A DNA stretch of 64,000 bases. It comes from a bacterium (GTDB lineage Bacteria > UBA8248 > JACPRG01 > G963555815). A program made the position numbers and the translations under genes. Under the pieces are notes generated by a model. That model was not told the origin of the DNA. It saw only the letters and a program-made list of their open reading frames with translations, and searched no databases. Positions 1-9,572 of this stretch are shown piece after piece; positions within the stretch are counted from its first letter, which is position 1, and each line of letters opens with the position of its first letter. The stretch spans positions 519,462-583,461 of the forward strand of contig CBDFMI010000005.1 in assembly GCA_965249615.1 (NCBI GenBank), given 5' to 3'.

Positions 1-45
1 GTCCCAAAAACTCCTACCTGCACTGTCCGCCTCCCTGGGTTCTCA

Positions 46-1080
46 TCATCGGTTGGCGTACATCCGCTCGTAGTAGGCGCGGAACTCCCCGTCCCGAATG
101 GGCCGCCACCAGCCAGGGTTCTCCACGTACCAGCGGACCGTCTTCGGTAAACCCTCCTCCAGGGTAACCTTGGGGGACCAGCCCAGTCTGCGCTGGAGCT
201 TCTTTGCGGCGACGGCGTGGCGGCGCACATGGCCCGGGCGGTCCGTCACACTCTGGATGAGGTCTTCAGGCTTCTCGAGAGTTTTTAAAATAACGCGGGC
301 CATCTCAAGGATGGTCCGCTCCTCCCCCGTCCCGATGTTGAAGATCTCGCCCTCGATCCCCGGGGCCTGGGCCAGAAGCTCCAGGGCTCGGCAGTGGTCC
401 TCTACGTGGACCCAATCCCGGCTGTTCAGCCCGTCGCCGTAGACGGGGAGGGGTTTATCTTCCATCGCATTGGTGATGAAGAGCGGGATCATCTTCTCCG
501 GGTACTGAAAGGGCCCGTAATTATTGGAGCAACGGGTGATCACGACGGGGGTCCCGTAGGTGGCGAAGTAGGCGAAGGCGAGACGATCCCCCCCGGTCTT
601 GCTGGCCGCATAAGGGCTCTTCGGCATGAGGGGGTCCTCTTCTGTCGAGGGTTTTTGTTCGGCCTCGCCGTACACCTCGTCGGTGGAGACTTGGACAAAC
701 CGCCGGATGGAGGACTCCCGGGCGGCCTCGAGCAGGACATGAACGCCCAGCATGTCCGTCCGGATGAAGGAGGCGGGGTCGCCAATGGAGCGGTCCACAT
801 GGGTCTCGGCAGCGAAGTTGACGATCAGGTCCACCCGCTCGATCAAGGGGCGCACGTCTTTGGGCTCGGCGATGTCGCCCTGATGAAACTCATAGTGGGG
901 ATGCTCGGCCAGATCCGACAAGTTTTCATGGTTCGCGGCGTAGGTGATCTTGTCGAGGTTGATGACGTGAAGGTCGGGCTTTTGACCGAGGAGGTGGCGG
1001 ATGAAATGGCTCCCAATAAATCCAAGACCCCCCGTGATGAGCCAGGTCTCCATGGGCCTCAGCCGTCCTTTCGGTCCCAA
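46..1080 (-). CDS. rfbB: dTDP-glucose 4,6-dehydratase
   Basis: 344 aa. N-terminal Rossmann motif TGGLGFIGSHF, YxxxK active-site region and overall SDR-extended signature typical of RmlB. Last gene of an rmlA-rmlC-rmlB run on the minus strand. Confidence 0.9.
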   Translation of the reverse strand: MGPKGRLRPMETWLITGGLGFIGSHFIRHLLGQKPDLHVINLDKITYAANHENLSDLAEHPHYEFHQGDIAEPKDVRPLIERVDLIVNFAAETHVDRSIGDPASFIRTDMLGVHVLLEAARESSIRRFVQVSTDEVYGEAEQKPSTEEDPLMPKSPYAASKTGGDRLAFAYFATYGTPVVITRCSNNYGPFQYPEKMIPLFITNAMEDKPLPVYGDGLNSRDWVHVEDHCRALELLAQAPGIEGEIFNIGTGEERTILEMARVILKTLEKPEDLIQSVTDRPGHVRRHAVAAKKLQRRLGWSPKVTLEEGLPKTVRWYVENPGWWRPIRDGEFRAYYERMYANR

Positions 1081-1592
1081 TCGTAGGGGACAGGCCCCCC
1101 GTGAGGCGGGAGGCGGTGCTCGTCCGGGGCCTCATGGCGGTAAACCTCGGTGGGGACATTGATCATGAGCACCACGTCCTCCCCGATGGATTTGAACCCG
1201 TGATAAACATAGGGGGGGATCTGAACAAGGAGGGGGTTTCGCTCCCCCATGAAGAACTCATTGACGAGGCCGTGGGTGGGGGAATCCTTCCGGGAATCGT
1301 AGAGGACCACCTTGGCCATCCCACGAACACAGACGAAGTGATCTACCTGCCCCTTATGATAATGCCAGGCCTTGACCACGCCGGGATAAGCGGCTGTCAC
1401 GTAGACCTGGCCAAAGCCCTGGAAGAGGTCATCGTCTTTCCGCAGGATCTCCATCAGCCAACCCCGTTCGTCGGGGATAACCTTCAGGCTTTTCGCCTGG
1501 ACCCCCTCGATGAGGCGGCTCGACGCCTTCACCTCCGCTTTTCCGCTCACTGTACTACCACTTGGGAGTAATCTCCCACCATGAAACGGCAC
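1059..1592 (-). CDS. rfbC: dTDP-4-dehydrorhamnose 3,5-epimerase (cupin)
   Basis: 177-aa ORF with RmlC-like cupin motifs (DERGWLMEIL, YHKGQVDHFVCVRGMAKVVLYD, YHGF). The annotated ATG overlaps rmlA by 45 nt, so the true start is probably an internal GTG near 1530-1550. Confidence 0.75.
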   Translation of the reverse strand: MPFHGGRLLPSGSTVSGKAEVKASSRLIEGVQAKSLKVIPDERGWLMEILRKDDDLFQGFGQVYVTAAYPGVVKAWHYHKGQVDHFVCVRGMAKVVLYDSRKDSPTHGLVNEFFMGERNPLLVQIPPYVYHGFKSIGEDVVLMINVPTEVYRHEAPDEHRLPPHGGPVPYDWDRKDG

Positions 1593-2611
1593 GCTTCGGG
1601 TTTCAGGGAGGACCGTGTAATGACGGCGTTTCGGCCAATGAGGCTATCCGTGATCCGTCGCGGGATCCCCGAGGTCCGGCTCCCCTCCAGCAGGATGCTG
1701 TTCTCGATCTCGCAGGAGTGGACTCGAACGCGTGGCCCCAAGGCGGTAAAAGGACCAATGTAGGAATCCTTCACCTCAGCCCCCTCTCCGATCACGGCCG
1801 GGCCCCGGATGATGCTGCGGACCACTCGGCTGCCGGGGTCGAGGACCACCTTGAACTCGATCCGGGAATCCTTGTCCACGTCTCCGTCCCGCCGGTCCTC
1901 TATGTCATCCAGGATGAGGCGGTTTGCCTCGAGAAGGTCTTCCAGCTTTCCTGTGTCTTTCCACCAACCCTTGACCACGTGGGAGTGGACCTTCCGTCCA
2001 TCGTCAATGAGGTGCTGGATGGAATCAGTGATCTCTAGCTCTCCGCGGGCCGACGGCCGGATGGCCCGGGCCGCGTCAAAGATTTGGGAGTCAAACATGT
2101 AGACCCCGACGAGGGCTAGATTGCTCTTGGGGCTGGCCGGCTTCTCCTCCAGACGGATGACGCGCCCATCCCGAAGCTCCGCCACTCCGAACTCGTTTGG
2201 GTTTGGGACCGGGCAAAGAAGGACCATGGCGTTGGGCTGTGCAGACTCGAACTCCCTCACTAGGTCAGAGATCCCCCCCTTGATGAGGTTGTCCCCGAGG
2301 TACATGACGAAAGGAGAGTTTTGAAGGTAAGATTCCGCTGTAAGGACCGCATGGGCCAGGCCAAGGGGGTCTGACTGTTCGATGTAGGTAACCTCCAACC
2401 CCCAGCGACTCCCGTCGCCAACGGCCGCCTTGATGTCCTCCTTGGTGTCCCCCACGACGATGCCAAGCTCCCGGATCCCCGCCTCTCGAATGGCCTCGAT
2501 ACCATAAAAGAGGACAGGCTTGTTCGCCACGGGGACTAACTGTTTGGCGTTGGTATGAGTGAGGGGGCGAAGCCGGGTCCCCCGTCCCCCGCTTAGGATG
2601 AGACCTTTCAC
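1547..2611 (-). CDS. rfbA: glucose-1-phosphate thymidylyltransferase (long form with C-terminal beta-helix)
   Basis: 354 aa. N-terminal MKGLILSGGRGTRLRPLT nucleotidyltransferase motif. GTG start at 2609-2611 preceded by a GGAGG RBS. Confidence 0.85.
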   Translation of the reverse strand: MKGLILSGGRGTRLRPLTHTNAKQLVPVANKPVLFYGIEAIREAGIRELGIVVGDTKEDIKAAVGDGSRWGLEVTYIEQSDPLGLAHAVLTAESYLQNSPFVMYLGDNLIKGGISDLVREFESAQPNAMVLLCPVPNPNEFGVAELRDGRVIRLEEKPASPKSNLALVGVYMFDSQIFDAARAIRPSARGELEITDSIQHLIDDGRKVHSHVVKGWWKDTGKLEDLLEANRLILDDIEDRRDGDVDKDSRIEFKVVLDPGSRVVRSIIRGPAVIGEGAEVKDSYIGPFTALGPRVRVHSCEIENSILLEGSRTSGIPRRITDSLIGRNAVITRSSLKPEACRFMVGDYSQVVVQ

Positions 2612-2845
2612 CTACAAAACCCCTCCCACGAGGAGGCGAAAACCACCGCTCGGGGTGTGTGAGAAAGGGGCGACCTTTCCGACGGACAAACCGCCCCTCC
2701 GTGGCTCTCCACCGGGAGAAATTCTGAAGCGAGCTCTATATCAGGATCCCTTCCCGTTTAGGTGCCACCATATCCCACCGTCTCCTCTCAAGTCAAGATT
2801 TGTGCCGGTCCACAACGCACGAGACACGGGGGCCGAAGGGCCTTT

Positions 2846-4015
2846 TTACACCCTGGCGTGGGGGTCAAAAAGTTTCTGGTGCTCGTCTTGGGCGAAGCGG
2901 TCCGTCATCCCGGCGACGTAGTCGCAGATGACCCTCTCGGCCCCCTCCGACCCTGTCTGAATCTTTTCAAACACCCGGGGCGGGAGCTGCTCGGGCCGCT
3001 TGAGGTAGGCCTGGAAGACGTCCGTCAAAATTCGATCGGCCTTGTTCTCCATCCTTATCACACGGTGGTGCCGATACATGTGGCGAAAGAGGTACGCCTT
3101 GAGAGCGGCGTTCTTCTCGGCGACAGCTTCACTGAATCTGACTATGCGGTCGGGGTGAGCCCGCACCTCGTCGGGGTTCTGGACCCTAAGGGCCCCTAGC
3201 CTCTCCTCCGTGGTATTGATGACGTCGCCCACCTGCTCGTTGATCACCCGGCGGATGGTTTGGTGCTTGTGGACGCGGAACTCCGCGCTTGGGCATTCCG
3301 AAACGGCCGCCTCGTAGTGCGCGCGCCAGAGATCGATGGTCATGAGGTGTTTTGGCTCCAACATGTTGGAAGACAGACCGTCGTCGATGTCGTGGTTGTT
3401 GTAGGCGATCTCGTCGCAGAGGTCCGCGACCTGCGCCTCAAGCGGTGGGGAGGGTCCGGGCTTCAGATCGGGGTGAACCTCCTCGGGGCCGGGCCGGTCA
3501 AACTCCCTTGTGTGCTTGCCGATCCCCTCCAAAGTCTCCCGGGTGAGGTTCAGACCCTTGAAGCCAGGGTAGCGGTCCTCGAGAATCTCGACCAGCCGCA
3601 GTCCTTGCCGGTTATGCTCAAAACCCCCATGGCCCTCCATGAGACGGTTGAGGACCGCCTCTCCCGAATGTCCAAAGGGGGGATGGCCGAGATCGTGGGC
3701 GAGGGCGATGGCCTCGGCCAGGTCTTCGTTCAGACGAAGGGCTCGGGCGATAGTCCGGGCCATGGAAGCCGTCTCCAGGGTGTGCGTGAGGCGCGTGCGA
3801 AAATGGTCCCCCTCGTGATAGACGAAAACCTGGGTCTTATATTCGAGGCGGCGAAAAGCCCTGGAGTGAACGATCCGGTCCCGGTCCCGCTGAAAGGCGG
3901 TCCGGAAAGGATGCTCTGCCTCGGAATGTTTTCTGCCTCGAGAGTCCCGGGATCTGATGGCATAAGGGGCAAGATGCCGGATCTCCTGATCTTCCATCTC
4001 CTCTCGCGTCAACAA
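2846..4015 (-). CDS. dgt: dGTP triphosphohydrolase-like HD-domain protein
   Basis: 389 aa. HD motif region RTRLTHTLETASMARTIA...AHDLGHPPFGH is characteristic of the Dgt family. Confidence 0.8.
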   Translation of the reverse strand: MLTREEMEDQEIRHLAPYAIRSRDSRGRKHSEAEHPFRTAFQRDRDRIVHSRAFRRLEYKTQVFVYHEGDHFRTRLTHTLETASMARTIARALRLNEDLAEAIALAHDLGHPPFGHSGEAVLNRLMEGHGGFEHNRQGLRLVEILEDRYPGFKGLNLTRETLEGIGKHTREFDRPGPEEVHPDLKPGPSPPLEAQVADLCDEIAYNNHDIDDGLSSNMLEPKHLMTIDLWRAHYEAAVSECPSAEFRVHKHQTIRRVINEQVGDVINTTEERLGALRVQNPDEVRAHPDRIVRFSEAVAEKNAALKAYLFRHMYRHHRVIRMENKADRILTDVFQAYLKRPEQLPPRVFEKIQTGSEGAERVICDYVAGMTDRFAQDEHQKLFDPHARV

Positions 4016-4097
4016 CGCAGGCCGCCTTCGGACCCCATCCTCTTAAAAGGTCTCCGGTTTGAGTGCCCCCGGCGGGGCAAATTTTTTGGGCTCGAGC

Positions 4098-4884
4098 TCA
4101 CTTGATGAGGCGCCTTTGGATCATGCGGACCGCGAGAAGATAGAGGAAGACCGAGGCCACCGTCAACCACAGAAGGGCCGGGAGGACAATCCCCAGTCCC
4201 TCTCCCAAGGTCAAGGCGCGCACGGCGTTCACCGCATGAGTCAGGGGAAGGGACCAGGCCGCCCACTGGACGACAGGACCAAAATCTGAAACAGGAAAGA
4301 AGATCCCCGAGAGGAAGAACATGGGCGTGATGAGGATCGTGTAGTGGTAGTTGAAGAAGAAATAGGACGGGGACAGGGCGGTTACGATCATCCCGATGGA
4401 GGCGAAGAGGAAGCCTTGGATGAAGACGACGGGGAAAACGAGGAGGACAAGGGGGGAGCGCACCAGGCCGAAAATGGCCATGACCACTATCATGGTGAAA
4501 GCGCTGAGAACAGCTCGGGTGGTGGCCCACAAGATGTCTCCCGTCACGATGTCACCCACCGAACAGGGCGTGGCCAGAATGCTGTCGTAGGTCCTCTGAT
4601 GCGTCATCCGGGTGAAAGCGCCATAGGTGGACTCCAGAGAGGAAGACCACATAGAAGAGGAAACCACGAGGCCCGGCGCGATGAACTGGAGGTAGGGGAC
4701 ATCCCCCCCCAGCCGGATATAGGCCCCCACGCCAAGGCCCCATCCCCAGAAGATAGACGAGATGCTCCCCCAGGTTTCCCACGATGGCGGCTAGATAATA
4801 ACCCCGAAAGGAATCCCGGTTCCGCTGCCAAACCCGCAGGGCCCCACGTGAGACATCTGGGAGAATGGCCACCAGGGCGTTCAT
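4098..4884 (-). CDS. ABC-2 type transporter permease, interrupted by an apparent 1-nt frameshift near 4738-4747
   Basis: The N-terminal 50 aa (MNALVAILPDV...RVWQRN...EHLVYLLGMG) lie in one frame (ORF 4552..4884). The remainder (GLGVGAYIRLGGDVPYLQFIAPG..., 6 TM segments) lies in ORF 4098..4730. The junction falls at a short G/C run. Reads as one ABC-2 (NodJ/YadH-like) permease if a single base is removed. Confidence 0.7.
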
Positions 4885-5831
4885 TCCCTCAGCTCCCTCC
4901 CCACCACCCTGAGAAAGAGATCCTCCAAGGTGGCGGGCCGATGGAGGATATTCTCCACCCGGACCGCCTTAAGGGCCTGCACAATTTCCCCGGCACGATC
5001 GCTAAAAAGATAAAGGGTGTCTCCTGATCGCTCGATGGTGTATGCATCGCCGGGGATCTGCGCCAGAAGGGCCGCCTCCTCCTCTTTCTCCACCCGAAGC
5101 TCCACCACCTCCCGACCTACCCTCCTCTCCACCAGGTCTTGGGGGGAACCCTCGACAACAATCCGCCCCCGATCCATCACCACCACCCGGTCGCAGAGCT
5201 GGGCCGCTTCTTCCATGTAATGAGTGGTAAGGAGGAGAGTCACCCCTTGGCGCTTCAGGTGGCGAAGGCGCTGCCAGATGAGGTGGCGGGCCTGGGGGTC
5301 AAGCCCGGTTGTGGGCTCGTCCAAGAGGAGGAGAGTGGGTCGGTGAATCAGGGCCCGGGCCACCAGGAGGCGCCGCTTCATCCCGCCAGAGAGCTGTTCA
5401 ATCCTGACGCCCGCCTTTCCCGAAAGCTCCATGAAGGTCAGGAGGTCATCGGCCCGCTGTCTTGCCCACGGGGCGGGAAGGTCAAAGTAGCGGGCATAAG
5501 TGAGGAAGTTTTGATGGACCGTGAGATCCGGGTCGAGGTTCGTTTCCTGGGAGACGACGCCGATCTGCCGCTTGATGGCCCGGGCGTGACTCCTCACATC
5601 AAGGCCGAGGACCATCAGCTCACCCGCAGTGAGAGGCGAGGCCCCGTAGATCATCTTCAGGGTCGAGGTCTTCCCCGCCCCGTTGGGTCCGAGGAGGCCG
5701 TAACACTCCCCCCGGGAGACCGAGAAGTCGATCCCGTCAACGGCCGCGAGGCTGCCAAAGCATTTCACCAGCCCTTGGGCCACCACCACCTGTTCAGCCG
5801 TACCCGCTATGGATTCAGGCGAGGGAGACAC
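4881..5831 (-). CDS. ABC transporter ATP-binding protein (ABC-2/NodI/DrrA type)
   Basis: 316 aa. Walker A GPNGAGKTS, signature LSGGMKRRL, Walker B LLLLDEPT. Overlaps the downstream permease by 4 nt. Confidence 0.85.
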   Translation of the reverse strand: MSPSPESIAGTAEQVVVAQGLVKCFGSLAAVDGIDFSVSRGECYGLLGPNGAGKTSTLKMIYGASPLTAGELMVLGLDVRSHARAIKRQIGVVSQETNLDPDLTVHQNFLTYARYFDLPAPWARQRADDLLTFMELSGKAGVRIEQLSGGMKRRLLVARALIHRPTLLLLDEPTTGLDPQARHLIWQRLRHLKRQGVTLLLTTHYMEEAAQLCDRVVVMDRGRIVVEGSPQDLVERRVGREVVELRVEKEEEAALLAQIPGDAYTIERSGDTLYLFSDRAGEIVQALKAVRVENILHRPATLEDLFLRVVGRELRE

Positions 5832-5878
5832 GCAAAAAACCTGACCTTAGACCGAGTCTTTGGAGGATCGGGTCTAGA

Positions 5879-6103
5879 CTAACCGCATCCGCAGCTGCTG
5901 GGGGTGCAACCGCAGGAACCCCCTTTAGGACCCGAGAAGGATGAAGGGGCCCCTGCAAGCCTCACCCCAAAGGTCGAGAGTTGTCTGGCGACGGCCTGAG
6001 AACCACAAGAGGGGCAGCTCAACCCATCGGGCTTGCCAGGAAGGGACAATTTCTCAAAGTTTTCGCCGCAACCTTTGCAGTGAAATTCGTAGATGGGCAT
6101 CAA
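5879..6103 (-). CDS. FmdB-family zinc-ribbon protein with Cys/Gly-rich C-terminal tail
   Basis: 74 aa. Starts MPIYEFHCKGCGENFE...CPSCG, the hallmark FmdB Zn-ribbon. The tail is GGSCGCTPSSCGCG. Confidence 0.6.
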   Translation of the reverse strand: MMPIYEFHCKGCGENFEKLSLPGKPDGLSCPSCGSQAVARQLSTFGVRLAGAPSSFSGPKGGSCGCTPSSCGCG

Positions 6104-6111
6104 CCTCTCCC

Positions 6112-6762
6112 CTAGAGATTGCGCTGGGCGCTCTGCCAGTCCCGCAGAAACCGCTTGAGGCCCAGGTCCGTCAGGGGGTGCCTCAACAGCTGAGTTAAAA
6201 CTGAGAAGGGCATGGTCCCCACGTCGGCCCCCGCCAGGGCGGCCTGCATCACATGGACAGGGTGTCGGATGCTGGCCACCAGGACCTGCGTCTCAAAGCC
6301 ATAGTTGTCGTAGATGGCCAGGATATCCTCAACGATTTCCATTCCATCATGGCTGATATCGTCCAGCCGGCCCACAAAGGGGCTGATGTAGCTCGCCCCC
6401 GCCTTGGCGGCCATCAGGGCCTGGGTCGGAGAAAAGCACAGGGTCACGTTCGTCGGCGTCCCCTCTTCACTCAACCGCTTGACCGCCTTCAGCCCTTCTG
6501 CGCCCATGGGGACCTTGACGACGATGTTCTCAGCGATCCGGGCCCAGTCGCGACCCTCCACCAGCATCCCCTCGAAGTCCTCAGCCAGGACCTCGGCGTT
6601 CACGGGCCCATCCACGATCTCGCAGATCTCCTCCAGGGTCTTTCGGTAGTCCTTCCCCTCGCGGGCAATCAGGCTAGGATTGGTCGTGATCCCGTCAATG
6701 ACCCCAAGCTCCCAGCCCTCGCGAATCTCCTCGAGATTGGCCGTGTCGAGAAAGAATTTCAT
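6112..6762 (-). CDS. tal: transaldolase / fructose-6-phosphate aldolase (short Tal/Fsa family)
   Basis: 216 aa. [15 protein letters not shown]...[12 protein letters not shown]... matches the short transaldolase/FSA TIM-barrel family. Confidence 0.85.
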   Translation of the reverse strand: MKFFLDTANLEEIREGWELGVIDGITTNPSLIAREGKDYRKTLEEICEIVDGPVNAEVLAEDFEGMLVEGRDWARIAENIVVKVPMGAEGLKAVKRLSEEGTPTNVTLCFSPTQALMAAKAGASYISPFVGRLDDISHDGMEIVEDILAIYDNYGFETQVLVASIRHPVHVMQAALAGADVGTMPFSVLTQLLRHPLTDLGLKRFLRDWQSAQRNL

Positions 6763-7042
6763 CTTGCTCCTCCCGGTGCACCTCTAAGGGCCGCCAACGC
6801 GAAGCCACTCTCAAAAAGAGCTCGGCACCCAACTCACCTCGCTAATATACACACCTTCTTCTTCCCATGGATAGACCGTTTTTCTTTGGTCACCCCAAAA
6901 TGCCCGGGCGCATGGCCCCTGCCAGGGCGGATTTGATTGGCGTCAGATAGGCGCCCTTGATAGAATGCATAAGACTTTTCTCATTGTGGTGGGATCGGTT
7001 GCAGTCCCACTAGCCTTTCAGACGGTTGGGCGGCTTGCCATC

Positions 7043-7708
7043 ATGGTCTTCATCACCTTTGAAGGGATAGAGGGATCGGGCAAAACGACCCAGCTAAAAC
7101 TTCTCGCGGAGGTTCTGTCGAGAAGCGGGATCTCTGTGGAGAGCACGCGGGAGCCCGGGGGAACGCCGTTGGGAGACGCCATCCGGAAGACCTTCCTTGA
7201 CCCCGCGAATCGCGGAATGTCCGCCCAGGAGGAGCTCTCCCTGATCGAGAAGGCCCGAAGCGAACATGTGTCAAAGGTCATCCGCCCCGCTCTCGAGGCG
7301 GGAAAGGCGGTTCTTTGCGACCGCTTCACAGACTCCACCCTCGCCTATCAAGGACATGCTCGGGGCCTTGATTTGGAGATGATCCAGGACTCGATCCGGC
7401 GGGCGACAGAAGGTCTCCAGCCCGACGCAACGCTCCTTCTCAATCTCGATGTCTCCGTCGGCCTTGAGAGAGCGGACGGATCGAGCAAGGCCGGTCCCCA
7501 GGAGACGCGATTCGAGATGGAATCCAGGGAGTTCCACGAGCGGGTCCGAGAAGGTTTCCTGCTCCTTGCTAAGAAAGAAACAGACCGAATCAAGGTCGTC
7601 GACGCCTCGGGGGATCCAAGGAGCGTTCACCTTCGGGTTCTCGAAGCTCTGAAGGCCTCCAAGGCGGCTTCGATCCTGAAGGATGTCCAGGAGATCCAGT
7701 GCCACTAG
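7043..7708 (+). CDS. tmk: thymidylate kinase
   Basis: P-loop FEGIEGSGKTT and TREPGGT lid region. The ORF track starts at 6965, but the conserved N-terminus begins at the ATG at 7043 (MVFITFEG). Confidence 0.85.
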   Translation: MVFITFEGIEGSGKTTQLKLLAEVLSRSGISVESTREPGGTPLGDAIRKTFLDPANRGMSAQEELSLIEKARSEHVSKVIRPALEAGKAVLCDRFTDSTLAYQGHARGLDLEMIQDSIRRATEGLQPDATLLLNLDVSVGLERADGSSKAGPQETRFEMESREFHERVREGFLLLAKKETDRIKVVDASGDPRSVHLRVLEALKASKAASILKDVQEIQCH

Positions 7709-8739
7709 CCGACGTGAAGGGTCAGGAGCAGGCGGTCGAGGTTTTAAGGCGCGCCATTGCCAGCGACCGAGTCGCTCCCGCCTACCTCTTCGTGGGGCCC
7801 GAGGGGGTGGGGAAACGGACGACCGCCCTCGAGTTCGCCATGGCCCTCCTTTGCCAAAGGGCTGAAGGGGCACCCGACGCCTGCCGGTCCTGCCCTTCGT
7901 GCCAAAAGGTGGCGCGGGATTCTCATCCGGACCTTTTAGTCATCGGGCCGGATGGGACCCAGATTAAAATCGGGAAAAGGGAAGAACGGGGAAATGAGCC
8001 CCCTCAGATTCGCCAGCTCATCCGGGCCGCCCACCGAAAGCCTTATGAGGGAACTCGGAAGATTTTCCTGGTGGACGAGGCCCACCGGATGAACCTGGAC
8101 GCGGCGAACGCCCTACTGAAGACGCTGGAGGAGCCGCCGCCGTCGACAGTCATCATCCTCATCGCCACAACCCTCTTCCACCTTCCGCCCACTATCGTGT
8201 CCCGGTGCCAGGTGGTACGATTTAGGCTCCTGCCCCGGGCTTGGCTAAAGGGCTGGATAGAGAAGGAACGGGAGTTGTCTGCGGAAGAGGCGGACTGGGT
8301 CTTGGCCTTCTGCGGGGGACGCATGGACCGCGCGCGAGACCTAGACCCGAAGGGGCTCAGGGATCTCTGCTCAGAAGCCCTGGGAATGATCCGGGCGGCC
8401 CTTGCGGGGGGGGGCCAGGAGATCCTCTCCGGGGCAGCAAAGGCGGGAAGACCCCGGGAGCGGGCGCAGGAGGTCTTGGACATCCTTCTCCTCTTCCTGC
8501 GGGATCTCACGGTCCTCGCCTGGGGGGTTCCCTTGGACCATTTCGGGGATGCGACCCTGCAGGAGGATCTTGCTTCTCTGGCCCGGGAGCATCCCCCTCA
8601 AGTGTGGATGCGGCTCTTTGAGGGGGCAAGGCGGTTTCGGGCCGAGTTAGACCGATATTCAAACCCCCAGCTTGGGTGGGAGGTCTGGTCCCTTGAGGCC
8701 TCGGCAACCGCGGCAGGGGATTCGGGAGCATACTCATGA
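7699..8739 (+). CDS. holB: DNA polymerase III subunit delta-prime
   Basis: 346 aa. AYLFVGPEGVGKRT and a CRSCPSC zinc module typical of HolB. Overlaps the tmk end. tmk-holB order as in Bacillus. Confidence 0.85.
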   Translation: MPLADVKGQEQAVEVLRRAIASDRVAPAYLFVGPEGVGKRTTALEFAMALLCQRAEGAPDACRSCPSCQKVARDSHPDLLVIGPDGTQIKIGKREERGNEPPQIRQLIRAAHRKPYEGTRKIFLVDEAHRMNLDAANALLKTLEEPPPSTVIILIATTLFHLPPTIVSRCQVVRFRLLPRAWLKGWIEKERELSAEEADWVLAFCGGRMDRARDLDPKGLRDLCSEALGMIRAALAGGGQEILSGAAKAGRPRERAQEVLDILLLFLRDLTVLAWGVPLDHFGDATLQEDLASLAREHPPQVWMRLFEGARRFRAELDRYSNPQLGWEVWSLEASATAAGDSGAYS

Positions 8740-9554
8740 TAAAGGTCATCAAGGTCAATTTCAGGCGCATGGCAAGGCCCAGCCGGTTCAACGCAGGCCA
8801 GCTTTCCCTCAGGGTCGGAGACTACTGTGTGGCCGATAGGGAGTCCGGGGCGGATGTGGGACAGGTAGTCGAGAATCCCATGATCCTGGACGAGGCCCAC
8901 GTCAAGGAACACCTTCGCCGGGTCATCCGAAAGGCCACGCCCGAGGACCTCGCCCAATACCGGGAGAACGGTGAGAGCGAGAAGCGGGCCTTTCAGGTCT
9001 GCCTCGAGGAGATCCGTGCTCACGACCTTCCCATGAAGCTTTCGCAGGTGGAGTTCGATTTTAAAGGGGAAAAGGCCACCGTTTATTTCACAGCCGATGG
9101 AAGGGTGGACTTCCGGAGTCTCGTCAAGAGTCTGGCGGGCCGGCTCCGCGTTCGGATCGAGATGAATCAAATCGGGGCCCGGGACGAATCCAAGATGATG
9201 GACGGCTGCGGTGCGTGTGGCAAGAAGCTCTGCTGCTCCACCTGGCTCCCGGAGTTCTCCCCCATCTCCATCCGGATGGCCAAGACCCAGAATCTCTCGC
9301 TGAACCCGTCGAGGCTCTCCGGCCTTTGCGGGCGCCTCAAATGCTGCCTCATCTACGAATTCAAGGAATACGAGGGGGTCGCCAAACGCTTGCCGAAGCC
9401 CGGAAGGCGGGTCAAGAACTGTGCGGGTTGCAGCGGCTGCGTCGTCAAGCAGAACCTCCTCGAGGAGTCTTTTGTCATCCGGACCGATGACGGCCGCCAG
9501 GTCAACGCTACGCTCGACGACTACGAAGAGAGCCTGGCGCGGGCCCCCCATTAA
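8736..9554 (+). CDS. ricT: PSP1 C-terminal domain protein (RicT/YaaT-like)
   Basis: 272 aa. PSP1 core with a C-terminal Cys cluster (CGACGKKLCCSTWL...CGRLKCCLIYEF). Sits immediately after holB, the conserved yaaT position. Confidence 0.75.
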   Translation: MIKVIKVNFRRMARPSRFNAGQLSLRVGDYCVADRESGADVGQVVENPMILDEAHVKEHLRRVIRKATPEDLAQYRENGESEKRAFQVCLEEIRAHDLPMKLSQVEFDFKGEKATVYFTADGRVDFRSLVKSLAGRLRVRIEMNQIGARDESKMMDGCGACGKKLCCSTWLPEFSPISIRMAKTQNLSLNPSRLSGLCGRLKCCLIYEFKEYEGVAKRLPKPGRRVKNCAGCSGCVVKQNLLEESFVIRTDDGRQVNATLDDYEESLARAPH

Positions 9555-9572
9555 AGGGGAAATCTCGCTCTC

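Noticed and set aside
2800-2835. ggcc-gaag-ggcc hairpin followed by TTTTT
   Set aside because: Only a 4-bp stem. It is oriented for plus-strand transcription although both flanking genes are on the minus strand. Judged a chance structure or, at most, a weak antisense stop.
4040-4075. gcccc-cggc-ggggc hairpin followed by aaatttttt
   Set aside because: Orientation would terminate a plus-strand transcript, but no plus-strand gene is upstream. On the minus strand the hairpin is not followed by a U tract. Possibly part of the dgt promoter region instead.
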